From Eledone cirrhosa (lineage: Eukaryota), in the NCBI GenBank assembly GCA_964016885.1, contig OZ024741.1, positions 87,916,001 through 87,980,000 on the forward strand: a stretch of DNA of 64,000 nucleotides, in the 5' to 3' direction. The position numbers and the translations under genes are program-made. The notes under the pieces are model-generated. The model saw only the letters and a program-made list of their open reading frames with translations, was not told where the DNA came from and did not search any database. Positions 11,748-23,958 of the stretch are shown here, piece after piece; position 1 is the first letter of the stretch, and each line of letters starts with the position of its first letter.

Positions 11748-12400
11748 TTGGAGTGGTCACCTTGCCAGGATGAAGGATTCTAGAATACCAAAACAACTCT
11801 TTTATGGAGAGTTGGTTAAAGGAAAACGACCGCCACATAAACCAAAAAAGAGGTATAAAGATTCCTTGAAAGTCTCTCTGAAAGACGCTAACATCTCTGC
11901 TGATACATGGGAGAATATTGCTGCTGATCGTTATAAATGGAGAGGGACTGTATATGAGGGAAAAGTTGCTTTTGAGGCATCTCGAATCGCATACGAGAAA
12001 GTAAAGCGGGATGTGAGGAGGGGCATTGCTGTTGCACTTCCAGACGGCGAGGGTCCTCCTATGGTGCTGACATGCAGCGTCTGTGCGAGACTCTGCCTAA
12101 GCAAAGCTGGACTCGAAAGTCATCTTCGCAGTCGTAAAGTAAGACCAGTGGTTGACTACCAGGCTGCTGTTGGAGATGCTACTCATCATGCTTGCCAAAC
12201 ATGTGGTAGAGAATGTAAATCAGCAGGAGGGCTCAAGCGACATGCAAAAGTACACGAACTCCAACCACAGCCGACTATTCCCAGTGAATGTTTTGGTTGC
12301 CGACTCTGTGCAAGACATTTTAGATCATTGGCTGGGCTAAAAAGCCACATTCGATCGCAGCGCTGTTAGTTGCTATCGTGTGTGTGTGTGTGTAGATATG
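11748..12400 (+). mobile_element. RTE/BovB-like LINE 3' end with three C2H2-like zinc fingers
   Basis: [25 protein letters not shown]....PKKRYKDSLK followed by three CxxC-x12-H fingers, stop at 12369 and a (TG)n tail. Confidence 0.85.
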
Positions 12401-12686
12401 CTTATGTGTGTGCGTGTGTGTGTATATATATATGTATATGTATATCATTATTGTTCAAATCCCGCCGAGGTTGACTTTGCCTTTCATCCTTACGGGGTCG
12501 ATAAAATAAAGTACCAGTAATGCACTGGGTAATTGCTGGCCTTGTGCCTAAAGTAGAAACAATTATTGTTGTTGTCGTTATTATTATTGTTGTTATTATT
12601 ATTATTATTATTATTGTTATTAATGCATGTGTGTGTGTATATGTGTGTGTGAGTATGTGTGTGTGTATATATATGTATGTATATGA

Positions 12687-12747
<61 letters not shown>

Positions 12748-14238
12748 TTTTTTTATTATTATTATTTTTTTTTTTTTTATTTCTCCTCGTGCAATGGCCA
12801 TACTCGATAACGAGGGGGCAGCCATCATGTATGTATGTATGTATGTATGTATGTATGTATGTATGTATACATGATGGAGTTGTAGGGGCACCGTCTGAAC
12901 ATAACCGATTTCTCATAGAGAAGGAGAGAGAAAGAAAGAATGATAGAGAGGAGGTGAGAAAGAGATGTGGAGGAAGAATCGATCCAGTATTTGACTGGTA
13001 CTTTTTTTATGGAACTTGAAAGGATGATAGAAAAAATTGACCTAGATGGGATTTCAACTCAGAGCACTGAAAGCTGGAACAAATACTGAAGCATTCTACT
13101 CGGCGTTTTAACGACTCTGCCAATAGCCGCGTTTTTTATAGTAGTTTTTACGTAATGCATCCAGTCGCTATCAGCTCATCTTCTCCTCCCATGCACAGGG
13201 AATCAAGGATCACATTATCCAACTGTAAGGTAAATCTCCCATTTGAAGGAGATTTGGCTGCGATTTCTAGCATGTCGAGTGACCACATAGAAGTAGCCCC
13301 GTCACCGCGTATGATTACAATGCTGGTGGGAAGGGGCGGTGAAATGGCAGAGATATTACAACGTCGGATAGAATGCTTTGCGTTTCGTCTCACTGTGCCC
13401 TAAGTTCAAATCCCATCGAAGTCAACTTCTTTCATCCTTTCGAGGTCAATAAAAAAAGTACCGGTTCAATACTGGTGTCGAATCTTCCTCTCCCCCACTT
13501 TCTCACCTTGTCTGAAAGAAATCGACTGTGTACAGGCCTGGTTTAAAATGCCTAGGTAACGCCGCATGCTATGACAGCGCCCTTACAACTCCACAAGCAG
13601 TTACGAGTCCATACATAGTCCTTTGTCTGAAAATCCTTTGATCAACCGTTTTGCTCTACTACTGCCGACGTGGTGTTAAACAGACACAAAACTATATGTG
13701 TAATTAATACTGTGTATCTTATATCATTTATAGTTGGAGAAAAAACATGAATATTAGAACTTTGAAGTTTCACATTACCATAAAATATTTGAATCTTTAA
13801 AGCAAGTTATGAAACAGAATACCTCTTGGAAACAGTTATGTCCCGTTGTTATCGTATACTAGGCCAGTGGCAGTTACTTCCCATTATACAACGTCGAAAT
13901 TACATATTTCCTTTGTCTTTATCGTTTTTATTGAACGTCCGTTATTCTCGTGTATTCATTGTACTTACTTTGGTTTGGCAGTATCGGTAGAGCGTCAAAC
14001 GCCATGCTTTGCAGCATAGAGTTATGGTTCTTTACGTTCTGAGGTCAAATCCCACCGCCAAGGTTAGCTTTGCCTTTCATCCTTACGGGGTCAATAAAAT
14101 AAAGCACCAGTAATGCACTGGGGTAATTGCTGGCCTTGTGACAAAAGTAGAAACATTACTTAGTCTTAATAGCCCATCATTAATCTAAACCAGAGATTCA
14201 CAAAAGTTGTTTTATAGTTGCAGTGAACTTTGGAATAT

Positions 14239-15345
14239 ACTAGCAGAATAGCCCGGCGTTGCTCGGGATTCTAAACATAGATTGGCATGTTTATCCCTCC
14301 TTTCTGAAACAGTACAGAGAAGTACGGAATACCTCGGCCGTGCGACCGGCGAATAGCAGATTCCACTGACGATTCGTTTGCCCGCCTTGTTCTTTTTCTT
14401 GTTGCTTTCGCAATATTTCGGCCATGAGGCATGACCTAAAAGCAGGGCGAAGTACACTAAGACTAACTAGTAGAGTAAGGAGTAAACTCGTCAGTGATTC
14501 ATGTGATTTCCGAACCATTGACTATGTAATTGCTAAGCCATGAGTGCCGTCTTAACTGGGGTGCGACGTTATAACTATGTATAACGGCGGCGAAGATTCG
14601 AAACCGAATCTGAGCTTTCCCGCCTCTGGGACAAGCCGTGGTAACTTGTTTACGCTCAGGAGACTAACCCCTTGGGAGAGGCTAAACACAGGTCAGAGGT
14701 GTTTACGCCTTACAGAAAATAGGTCAGAGGATATATCCATCTTTCTGACTTGTTTACGCTTGGCAAACTAATCTCTTGGGAGACTAACCAAAGTTCAGAG
14801 GGTATATCTATCCTTCTAACTTCAACTCTTATAAAGACAGGGATTGTTTACGCCAAAAATAGAAAAGAAGTGGATACAGACAAGACGAGTCTCATTTACA
14901 AGCTCTCGTCACGAAAAACCAGTCTGCCATTTATTCTCACCTTCCTGGCTGATCGCTGACTCCTGCAATATAAATAAGTAAATATACTGATACGCCGCAC
15001 ACACGCATTCATAGTGAGTCCAGCATTTGTACACGCACCATTCATTTCTGTTTACACGTATTATAATCGTATTCTGTGATATTTGAATTTACGTGGCTCG
15101 AAGAGCCACCAAATTATTGTATGAATATTTTGTGTCAATTATTTTATCATTCAATATTCAAATTGAATATTGTTGTAATAAAATAAACTTTGTAACAACA
15201 CTCCTGGTATTTTTATTTACACCGAAACCACCATACCAACAGTTACATCCATCCATCCACTTGTCGTTACAACCACACATAATATTCCGTTACATATGTA
15301 TCTATCTGCATTACGAAATTATGAAAACATTGACTTCGCTATTTG

Positions 15346-15401
<56 letters not shown>

Positions 15402-16922
15402 ATATATAGCGTGTGTGTATATATATATAGTGTGTATATATATATATATATATATATAGTGTTAGTCGAACCAAAGAGGGTTCGATAAGGATAAATATAT
15501 ATCAAATATATAAGAACCCTAGAGCAAATATTGTTCTCATTGCTGACGTATTATCTTCGCTTTTTTCCGTTCATTGCCAGGGAACGTCTTCACGAGCCAA
15601 AGTATCGTCTTCCTGTTTTCCTTCGGTTGCAACGTTTTTCGAAATATTTACTTCTACGTTTTATGAATATGAAGGCCCACATCACCAACAGCCCTAAGAG
15701 CAACACCCCACCAGGGTGCTCTTGCCGAAAGACATGGAAGTCTTGAGCTCTCACGGAGTGTAGGTAATGGAAATGGGCAGGGGTGGACGGTGGCAGGGAT
15801 TCGGCATGTTGAGCCGTGGCAGTCCTTAGGGACCACGGAGGGCAGGCAATGGAAAGAGCCGGGGAATGAATTGCGGCTAACAGGGCAGAGATGTGGATGG
15901 TGATGTACAACGATGCAGTGGGTCGACGGCGTGCAGGGAAGGGAGAGGGCAGGGGTTGACGGATGCCTCATTATGCTACGGTAGTGGGACCACGGGAATG
16001 AAGCGCATGGAGGCTCGATGATCGCTTGAGAAGACTGGGCGCAATACAGGATGATGCGCGGCGGTATAGTCTTGATAGTCCTTATATAAGAAATGGAAGA
16101 ATCGGCATAAAAGGTTTGCTGAATATGGTGAGCGTTAATTTAAAGAGACTTACGGTGGATAATCCTGATAGATTGAACGTTTTTTGCATGGCGCGAATCG
16201 CGACAAATGGAAGCAAGAAGAATGGCGTTTTTCGGTGATGCTCAATGAAGCTGATAGATAACGGCGTGCGCGAAAGGATACTTTACGGCTCTGCATGGAG
16301 AATTGGCCCCAGGGTAGAAGATATTGCGCCATTGATAATTAAACTATGAATAATTGTTTGCCCTAACTCTTAAAGGTCTCATTTTACGCATAATTTATGT
16401 GTTTAAAAAAACTTTCTGAATTTTTGAAGCTTTGGAGTAACTCCTAATGGATCTATTATTGTGGTAATATAAAATTTCATTGAAATCGGACGAATTCTGA
16501 AAATATCAATTTTTGCCTCTGGGGTCCGATTATCGCTTTTTCGAAAATTTAATGTAGCCCACGTTCATCCCCGGATCAAAATACATACCTACATCAAATT
16601 CCATTGGAATCGGACAAATTTCGTAAATATCGATGTTTGCATCTGGTGATCCAAAAATTTAATGTAACCCACGTTCATCCCCGGATCAAAATATACACTT
16701 ACGTCGAGTTTCATCGAAATCGGACGATTTTTGAAAATATCGATTTTTGGCTTCTGGGGGCCCGATTATCGATTTTTCGAAAATTTCTAGTACCCTATTC
16801 CAATCTACGGCTCGAGTTTTATATATGTGTCAAGTTTCATGAAAATCGGATGAACGGTGTAGCCTGCAAGTTCGGGAGACCAAACAAACAAACAACGCCC
16901 AACTTCACTTTATATATTAGAT
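14239..16922 (+). mobile_element. Non-autonomous Helentron/HINE-like element with nested insertions
   Basis: Begins ACTAGCAG..CCCGGCGTTGCTCGGG, has internal AAATTTCATCGAAATCGG-type subrepeats (16470-16850) and (ACAA)n, and ends TTTATATATTAGAT. Continuity across the span is inferred. Confidence 0.55.
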
Positions 16923-17192
16923 ATATATATACATATATAGTACATCGTTCCTGTGTCAGTGTTGAACAAAAAGGTGACGATGGTTACCTGAACACTGTAC
17001 GGCGTAATTCGTTTGTTTACAAACAAACCGAGCATTATAATAAATGTTCGGTAAACCCATACGTACATATATATATGTGTGCATGTGTAGCAGTGAATGA
17101 AATGTATTTTCCTTCTGCGGCGGAATGGTATCACGTCGGGGTCACCATTTATAACGGGTTTTAGGGTCAATTCTTAATATACATATAAGAAA

Positions 17193-17210
17193 TGGTGACC
17201 CCGACGTGAT
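17193..17210 (+). promoter_or_regulatory. Primer-binding site complementary to the tRNA-Trp 3' end
   Basis: TGGTGACCCCGACGTGAT is the 18-nt complement of ..ATCACGTCGGGGTCACCA (metazoan tRNA-Trp, recalled). Confidence 0.88.
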
Positions 17211-17870
17211 ACGATACAACAAATCACATTATAAATGGTGACCCGAACGTTTAAGGACATCAACACAGAAGAAACCACATCTTTCCGTTGCAACGAACAC
17301 ATCAACATTTCGCATCCCCCCCCCCCCCCCCAAAAAAAAAAAGCCACTCGCCTTTTCTCGGGGTATGTACGCGATTAGCGTGAGTCCTAATATGTATTTG
17401 ATATATTGTCTTATTGTTACTAAATCTGCACATCACACCTTCACTTTCTAACATCACCGAACACATGCGTTAATACAAAAATCTAAATACAAAAATCTAA
17501 ATACTCTAAATTTCTGATTGGGCGACGCTATAAAAAAACTAAAAAAAAAAAAACTGTTGGCGCTGATGGCCGGTCAGAGCAAGATGGCCGACTTCCGTCT
17601 CCTTCAGCTGTTTTCCCGCCAAAATGACGGAGGCAACGCCATTTTGAAAAGTACACAAAAAAAAAAAAAAAAATAATAGGACAAAGATAAATTATAAATT
17701 TTTTTTTGAAAGCTTGACGTTTTTCCCTTCAACATTGTTTTTGATATATTTTTCTTTTTCTGTCCTTCACTCGGATTATATTTTTTCTTGGCCTGAATTT
17801 TCACTTTTGTCTCGGTGACAAGTGCAGAGTTGTCCTTTCTTTGCCCTTTGCTTTTACATCAGTATACACA

Positions 17871-18779
17871 ATGGGTAGCACTTCATTGCCACCGTTTACC
17901 GGTGACGTCACTGTCTGGTTCGCCCAGATAGAAGCACATTTCACAGCGAATAACATCACCAGTGACCACAGACAGTTAAATCTCCTGTTAAGCGCTTTTC
18001 CAGCGTCATTGACGTCGGTCGTCAAAGACTTAATTACAGATCCTCGCCCTGGGGCCACCTATGAGAGCGTGAAGCTCGAAGTGTTGCCGCGGACCACATT
18101 GTCCGCAGAAAAAAAATTTCAGACGCTCGTCAATGACGAACATTTGGGTGATCGGACGCCCACACAACTACTGCGTCGGATGAGAGAGCTGGCGGAAGAT
18201 GCCCCAGCTGACAGTGCCCTCCTTAGACAGCTTTTTGTCTCAAGGCTACCCCCCGGAGTTCAGGCGATCTTAGCGCCCATGATGGAGGCTGCTCCTGTCG
18301 ACCAGCTAGCGGCTTCGGCCGACAGGGTTATGAGTGTCATCGGACACCCAGCCTCATTTGCCCCCTTCCAGGCACCTCAGCCACCGGCTGCGGTCAATCC
18401 GTTCTCTCCTGCCTCCTTCCAGGCACCTCAGCCACCGGCTGCGGTCAATCCGTTCGCTCCTGTCTCCTTCAATGCATCCCAGCCGCCGACTGCGGTCGCT
18501 TCCTTCACTCCAGCGGCTGCCAGTTATACCGACCAGTCACTTGCAAATGCAGCAATGCTGCAAGCAATAGAGCAGCTAACCAAGGAAGTGAGAAAACTAA
18601 GCACTCACAGGGCTCATTCGCCCAGACGCCGTTTCCAGAGCCGTTCACCCTCGCCACGACGCCGTCACACAAGCAGTTCAGGTTTGTGTTACTACCACAG
18701 CCGTTTTGGCGCAGCAGCACGCTCCTGTAAACAGCCTTGTACATTTTCGGACCAGGGAAACAGATTTCAGGAGACCTGA
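17871..18779 (+). CDS. Gypsy Gag
   Basis: ATG at 17871; [26 protein letters not shown], and C-terminal CYYHSRFG...CKQPC knuckle. Confidence 0.92.
   Translation: MGSTSLPPFTGDVTVWFAQIEAHFTANNITSDHRQLNLLLSAFPASLTSVVKDLITDPRPGATYESVKLEVLPRTTLSAEKKFQTLVNDEHLGDRTPTQLLRRMRELAEDAPADSALLRQLFVSRLPPGVQAILAPMMEAAPVDQLAASADRVMSVIGHPASFAPFQAPQPPAAVNPFSPASFQAPQPPAAVNPFAPVSFNASQPPTAVASFTPAAASYTDQSLANAAMLQAIEQLTKEVRKLSTHRAHSPRRRFQSRSPSPRRRHTSSSGLCYYHSRFGAAARSCKQPCTFSDQGNRFQET
18755..18761 (+). promoter_or_regulatory. -1 ribosomal frameshift slippery site G GGA AAC
   Basis: Canonical X XXY YYZ heptamer in the gag frame within the gag/pol overlap; pol is in the -1 frame. Confidence 0.82.
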
Positions 18780-21700
18780 GCACGGCACAGTCTCCTCTGA
18801 CCCTCCCTAATAACCGTGTGTTTTTCATCACAGACACTGAGTCGCAAGCACGTTGTCTGATCGACACCGGCGCGGCTTGTAGCATTTGGCCGCTAAAACT
18901 TCTCAAAGAGAAGCCCCAACTCTCAACCGTCTCTCTGCAAGCAGTAAACCAGTCACCGATCCCCACGTACGGTCAGATTTCTCGTTCTTTGAACCTGGAA
19001 TTGCGTAGAGATTTCACGTGGATCTTCACTGTTGCTGATCTGCCTTACCCCATCCTAGGCTCAGATTTCCTGCACCACTATAACTTGATAGTGGATATGC
19101 GCAGACGCCGGTTGTTGGATGCCAACACAGAACTGTCTGTGCCGGGTACCAGATCGACTGTCTCGTCGGTCAGCCCGGTCTTCTTTATCGCTGCTACAGA
19201 AAATCCTTACCAATCACTTTTGCATTCCTTCCCGGAATTAACAAATTTGAATTTTGTGATGAGTGAGCCTACTCACTCCACCAAGCACCACATTGAAACA
19301 TCCGGAGCTCCTGTGTTTTCGCGCCCTCGCCGTCTCTCTGCTGAGAAACTGAAGGCCGCAAAGGCTGAATTCAATCACATGCTGCAGCTCGGGATCATTC
19401 GCCCATCCTCAAGCCCGTGGGCCGCACCCTTGCATTTGGTACCAAAGCGTTCCGGTGATTGGCGTCCCACTGGGGACTTTCGCCGGTTAAATGCAATGAC
19501 GGTACCCGACCGCTACCCGATACCACACATACAGGATTTTGCATCTTCGCTGCATGGATGCAACATATTCTCCAAATTGGATTTGGTCAAAGCATACCAC
19601 CAAATCCCGGTGAACCCGGCAGACATACCTAAAACTGCAGTAACAACTCCATTTGGAGCGTTTGAATTTTTGACCATGCCTTTCGGTTTGCGAAACGCAG
19701 CCAGCACGTTCCAACGATTTATGGATGAAGTTGTGCGCGATTTAGACTTCGTGTACAACTACATCGACGACATTCTTGTGGCAAGTGCCTCACCTGAGGA
19801 ACATGTCAATCACCTCCGTCTCCTGTTCGAGAGATTTCAAAAATACCAACTGAGAATTAATCCGGCAAAATGTGTTTTCGGTGCTTCCTCACTTGTCTTC
19901 TTGGGCCATGTCATCAGCCCAGAAGGAATTTCGCCACTACCTGATAAAGTGAAAGCGGTACAAGACCTCCAACCACCCACTTCACTTCGTCAACTACGAC
20001 ATTTCCTTGGGCTACTGAACTATTACAGGCGCTTTATCCCACACTGTGCGGATCTCCTGTCTCCTCTGTCCGACCTGTTACGTAACAGGAAAAAGAAGAA
20101 CGATTCCATTTCATTGGACACGAATCAGCTAAAAGCCTTCGACGAAGTGAAGCGGAAGCTTGCGGAGACATCACTGCTTGCACATCCTGTGTCTGGTGCC
20201 CAGTTTTCACTGGTTGTTGATGCATCAGGCACAGCTGTAGGTGCAGTACTGCAACAACATCACCAACAACAGTTACAACCTCTTGCCTACTTTTCTAAAC
20301 AGCTGAAGCCTGCAGAAACACGGTATAGCACATTCGGCCGTGAACTCTTGGCTATGTACCTTGCAGTGAAACACTTTCGGCATTCACTGGAGGGTCGCGA
20401 ATTTGTTATATACACTGACCACTGTCCGCTTACGTTCGCACTGCGTTCTAAGCCGGACAAATATTCACCTCGCGAAACTCGCCACTTGGACTTCGTTTCG
20501 CAATTTACCAGCGATATCCGACACATCTCTGGTGAACAGAATGCGGCGGCAGATGCACTGTCTCGCCTCCCAATTAATTCCCTGTCATCGCCAGCGGAAA
20601 TCGACCTCCAACGAATTGCCACGGAACAACCACCTCTGGATACTTTGGACCTCTCGTCTTCTGAATTTGCAACTGGCAAATTTGCATATCTGCCTGTGCC
20701 CACTTCGGACACACAGATTATCTGCGACACCTCGACAGATGCACCTCGCCCTCTAGTGCCAGTGACTCATCGTCGAGCAGTTTTCGACACCTTGCACGGT
20801 CTGGCACACCCTGGAATATCGACCACAGTGAAGCTCATTTCGGCTAGATTCTTCTGGCCTAATATGAGGCGTGACATCACTGCCTGGACACGTTCCTGCC
20901 TATCCTGCCAAAAGTTAAAGGTGCACAAACACATCCGCGCACCCCTTGGAACTTTCAGCACTCCAGACGCTAGGTTCAGCCATGTCCATATAGATCTTGT
21001 CGGACCATGGCCGGTCAGCCGAGGATTTACATACCTCCTGACCTGCATAGATCGCTTCACACGTTGGCCTGAGGCCATTCCTTTAAGTGACATTTCGGCG
21101 GAATCTGTAGCGCGAGCTCTAGTATCGGGTTGGATATCGCGTTACGGAGTTCCAGCCACTATCACCACTGACCGCGGTGGACAATTTGAGTCACACCTTT
21201 TCCGAGAGCTTTCAAGGATCCTGGGAATGCAACGCATTCGAACGACCAGCTACCATCCAGCTTCTAACGGAATGATTGAACGCTCCCACCGCCAATTGAA
21301 AGCCGCACTGCGCGCTTATCCGGATCAGCAGCGGTGGAGCGAATATGTACCAATTGTCCTCCTGGGCTGTCGTGCAGCCATCAAGGAAGATCTAGGCTAC
21401 TCCCCCGCCGAGTTGGTTTACGGAGTGCCTATATCTCTGCCTGGTCAGATGTTAGCTCCATTGGACCTACCAGCAACAGACCCAGCTCTGTATGTGAGCA
21501 GACTGCAATCATATTTCAGCAATCTTCCGCCTATGCACCCTCGCCAACAGACAATCAAATCTTCGGTCCCGAAAGACATTGCTTCATGGACCCACGTCTT
21601 TTTACGAAAGGACGCCGTGAGAGCTCCTCTCATGCCACCTTATACCGGTCCCTATCGCGTGCTTGAGCGCACAGATAAGCTATTCACCCTAGACATTGGG

Positions 21701-21916
21701 GGTAAAAAAGAGACTGTGTCCATTGACAGGGTAAAACGGGCCTATACAGACACTCTCACACAAGAGCCCCATTTTCCCCCCACATACACCTGGCATCAGC
21801 CAAGCCACAATACACATATAACATCGCACACACCTACACCTACATATGTCACCACCACACGTAGCGGTCGGCGAGTACATTGGCCCAAGAAGCTTTGCAA
21901 GACTCTTTATATATGA
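18755..21916 (+). CDS. Gypsy Pol (protease, RT, RNase H, integrase), reached by -1 frameshift
   Basis: LIDTGA, YIDDIL, VDASG, HHCC, D-D-E core and GPY motif in one uninterrupted frame. Confidence 0.96.
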   Translation, partial: GKQISGDLSTAQSPLTLPNNRVFFITDTESQARCLIDTGAACSIWPLKLLKEKPQLSTVSLQAVNQSPIPTYGQISRSLNLELRRDFTWIFTVADLPYPILGSDFLHHYNLIVDMRRRRLLDANTELSVPGTRSTVSSVSPVFFIAATENPYQSLLHSFPELTNLNFVMSEPTHSTKHHIETSGAPVFSRPRRLSAEKLKAAKAEFNHMLQLGIIRPSSSPWAAPLHLVPKRSGDWRPTGDFRRLNAMTVPDRYPIPHIQDFASSLHGCNIFSKLDLVKAYHQIPVNPADIPKTAVTTPFGAFEFLTMPFGLRNAASTFQRFMDEVVRDLDFVYNYIDDILVASASPEEHVNHLRLLFERFQKYQLRINPAKCVFGASSLVFLGHVISPEGISPLPDKVKAVQDLQPPTSLRQLRHFLGLLNYYRRFIPHCADLLSPLSDLLRNRKKKNDSISLDTNQLKAFDEVKRKLAETSLLAHPVSGAQFSLVVDASGTAVGAVLQQHHQQQLQPLAYFSKQLKPAETRYSTFGRELLAMYLAVKHFRHSLEGREFVIYTDHCPLTFALRSKPDKYSPRETRHLDFVSQFTSDIRHISGEQNAAADALSRLPINSLSSPAEIDLQRIATEQPPLDTLDLSSSEFATGKFAYLPVPTSDTQIICDTSTDAPRPLVPVTHRRAVFDTLHGLAHPGISTTVKLISARFFWPNMRRDITAWTRSCLSCQKLKVHKHIRAPLGTFSTPDARFSHVHIDLVGPWPVSRGFTYLLTCIDRFTRWPEAIPLSDISAESVARALVSGWISRYGVPATITTDRGGQFESHLFRELSRILGMQRIRTTSYHPASNGMIERSHRQLKAALRAYPDQQRWSEYVPIVLLGCRAAIKEDLGYSPAELVYGVPISLPGQMLAPLDLPATDPALYVSRLQSYFSNLPPMHPRQQTIKSSVPKDIASWTHVFLRKDAVRAPLMPPYTGPYRVLERTDKLFTLDIGGKKETVSIDRVKRAYTDTLTQEPHFPPTYTWHQPSHNTHITSHTPTPTYVTTTRSGRRVHWPKKLCKTLYI

Positions 21917-22138
21917 ACTATGTTATTTACAGCAATCTTCTTGGAGTTTGCTCCGCCCTTGTATTTGTATTAAATGTATGAACTAAGGTGAACATTACAC
22001 TATTTCTGACTTTCCTGTAATATGAACATTTCTTTATCAGTGATATATTTTATTGTGTTTACTATTATATAGTACTTTTTCTTTCATTCAACTGCTACCC
22101 TTATTTCTCTGTCGGCTGTAAGCCTAAGCAGGGGGTGA

Positions 22139-22540
22139 TGTAGCAGTGAATGAAATGTATTTTCCTTCTGCGGCGGAATGGTATTACGGAGGTAAGTTGG
22201 CTGAAGTGTGAGCCAATCGAAACCTTCGGTGCACTAATTGGACTGTCCAGAACTACGTCACCAGGTGAGCGGAGGTGACCAAGAGAGACATTAGTCTACA
22301 CGCACCTCTCTTATCGACAAGACCAGGCTACACTCCTCGCTGCTAACAACATCTCCATCTTGCAATGAAGCGGACCAAACTACATCCTACACATGTAGAT
22401 ACGACCTGTACCTAATGTATCCGTTCAACATGTACAACTAATAAATAGAGTTACAACATCGATAATGGATTTAGTCAATGTTCTAAATGCCTTCTGATCT
22501 CTATTATGTATATTAAGAATTGACCCTAAAACCCGTTATA
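22139..22540 (+). repeat. Complete 3' LTR (402 bp, TG...TA), preceded by PPT AAGCAGGGGGTGA
   Basis: The first 46 bp match 17086-17131 and the last ~36 bp match the inverted piece at 17150-17185. AATAAA at 22440. Confidence 0.9.
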
Positions 22541-22686
22541 CATGTATGTATGTATATACATACTACTGTACGTCTGTATACATATATGTATGTACGTAAA
22601 CATACATACTTACATTTAAGTACCAGCCATACTAAGAGTGAGAAATGAAATTTCGTTTCATTCTTTTCCATTTATATATATAAAGA

Positions 22687-22780
<94 letters not shown>

Positions 22781-22799
22781 CTTGGTACGAAGGCCAGAA

Positions 22800-23060
22800 A
22801 TTAGGGTAGTACTCAATGCAAGGTGGTGAGTTCGATTCCCGGCGGCGTGTTGCGCCATTCAACAAGAGACTTTATTTCAGGTTGCTCCAGCCAACAAAAT
22901 TGAGTTGTACCTGTAATTCAAAGAGCCAGCCTTGAAACACACTGTGTCACGCTGAATCTCCCTGAGAACTACCTTAGAGTACATCTGTCAAATGCTCAGA
23001 CACTTGCATGTTAATTTCACTAGCAGGTAGTTCCATTGTTTGAACAACTGGAACATTAAC
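22800..23060 (+). mobile_element. Second SINE family (tRNA head + CORE-like body)
   Basis: B-box-like GAGTTCGATTCCC followed by CAAGAGACTTTATTTCAGGTTGCTCCAG; related reverse copy near 45730-45885. Confidence 0.55.
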
Positions 23061-23958
23061 CGACATATTTACACACACATCCTACCATTTGAACTGTTTG
23101 TGTATGGTAGATCGTTTTAATGAAATATTGAATAGATGACCGTATTTTTGGTTCCGCAAATTAATTGCTTGGGACATGTACGGTGTAATGTTATTGCTGT
23201 CATGGTCACTAACGTTATTTTACTATAAACAAAGCTTCCAGTCGTGAAATACAATTTAACACGGGGAACGAAAATTAGCACTTTGAAATACAATAATGCG
23301 TGTGAATATAAATGCAACAAAAATATGGGAAAGAATACTGAATCATTGCTACCCATGTGGGAGAACGTTCTCTGTCATACAGAAGAACCCCAGGTTGTAG
23401 GCCGCCTCCAGGTCCCAGTGAATAGAATGAAGAAACCGTTACTCTAGAAGATAGAGACGCTTTGAAAAATAACCGAAATATTATACTAAGATAAACTATT
23501 TTACAGACACATGTTCGGAGTTGTTTCCCATGACAAGCGAATGTGTGTATATTTATTTATATATTTGTCCATCACTCACTGAAAGGGAGATGACTGAGGA
23601 AGGAAGGTGTGGTGACAAACTATGTGACCAGCGTTCTAAGATTTGCTACACTTGTGTGTGTATGTAGCGAATTGGCTACACACATGAGCTATTATATGTG
23701 TTTATATCAGGGCGGTGGATTGGTAGTATCGGTAAAACGTCGGACACCATGCTTTGCGGCATAGAGTTACAGCCCTTTACGTTCTGGGTTCTAATCTCGC
23801 CAAGGTTACCATTGCCTTTCATCCTTATGGGGACGATAAAATAAAGTACCAGTAACATACTGATGTCGATTTAATCGACTTTCACCCACCCAAAACATTG
23901 TTGGCCTTGTGCCTAAAATCAGAAATCATTATTCTGTTAGTGTTAGTGTTTAAATTTA

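Larger units (their letters stand above)
17086..22540 (+). mobile_element. Ty3/Gypsy LTR retrotransposon, coding region near-intact, 5' LTR rearranged
   Basis: gag and PR-RT-RH-IN order, PBS, PPT, LTR start TGTAGCAGTG at 17086 and 22139, and TSD CATG at 17082-17085 / 22541-22544. Confidence 0.96.

Noticed and set aside
11650-12369. Host C2H2 zinc-finger gene
   Set aside because: The fingers are fused to an RTE RT C-terminus, begin at a microsatellite and end in a (TG)n tail, indicating a LINE fragment.
15590-16332. GC-richer short ORFs as host exons or Helitron Rep/helicase
   Set aside because: No recognisable motifs in the frames examined.
16470-16860. CRISPR-like repeat array
   Set aside because: Eukaryotic context; these are degenerate subrepeats of a HINE-like element without unique spacers or cas genes.
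17130-17147. tRNA-Trp gene
   Set aside because: Only the 3' 18 nt including CCA are present; it is an inverted PBS.
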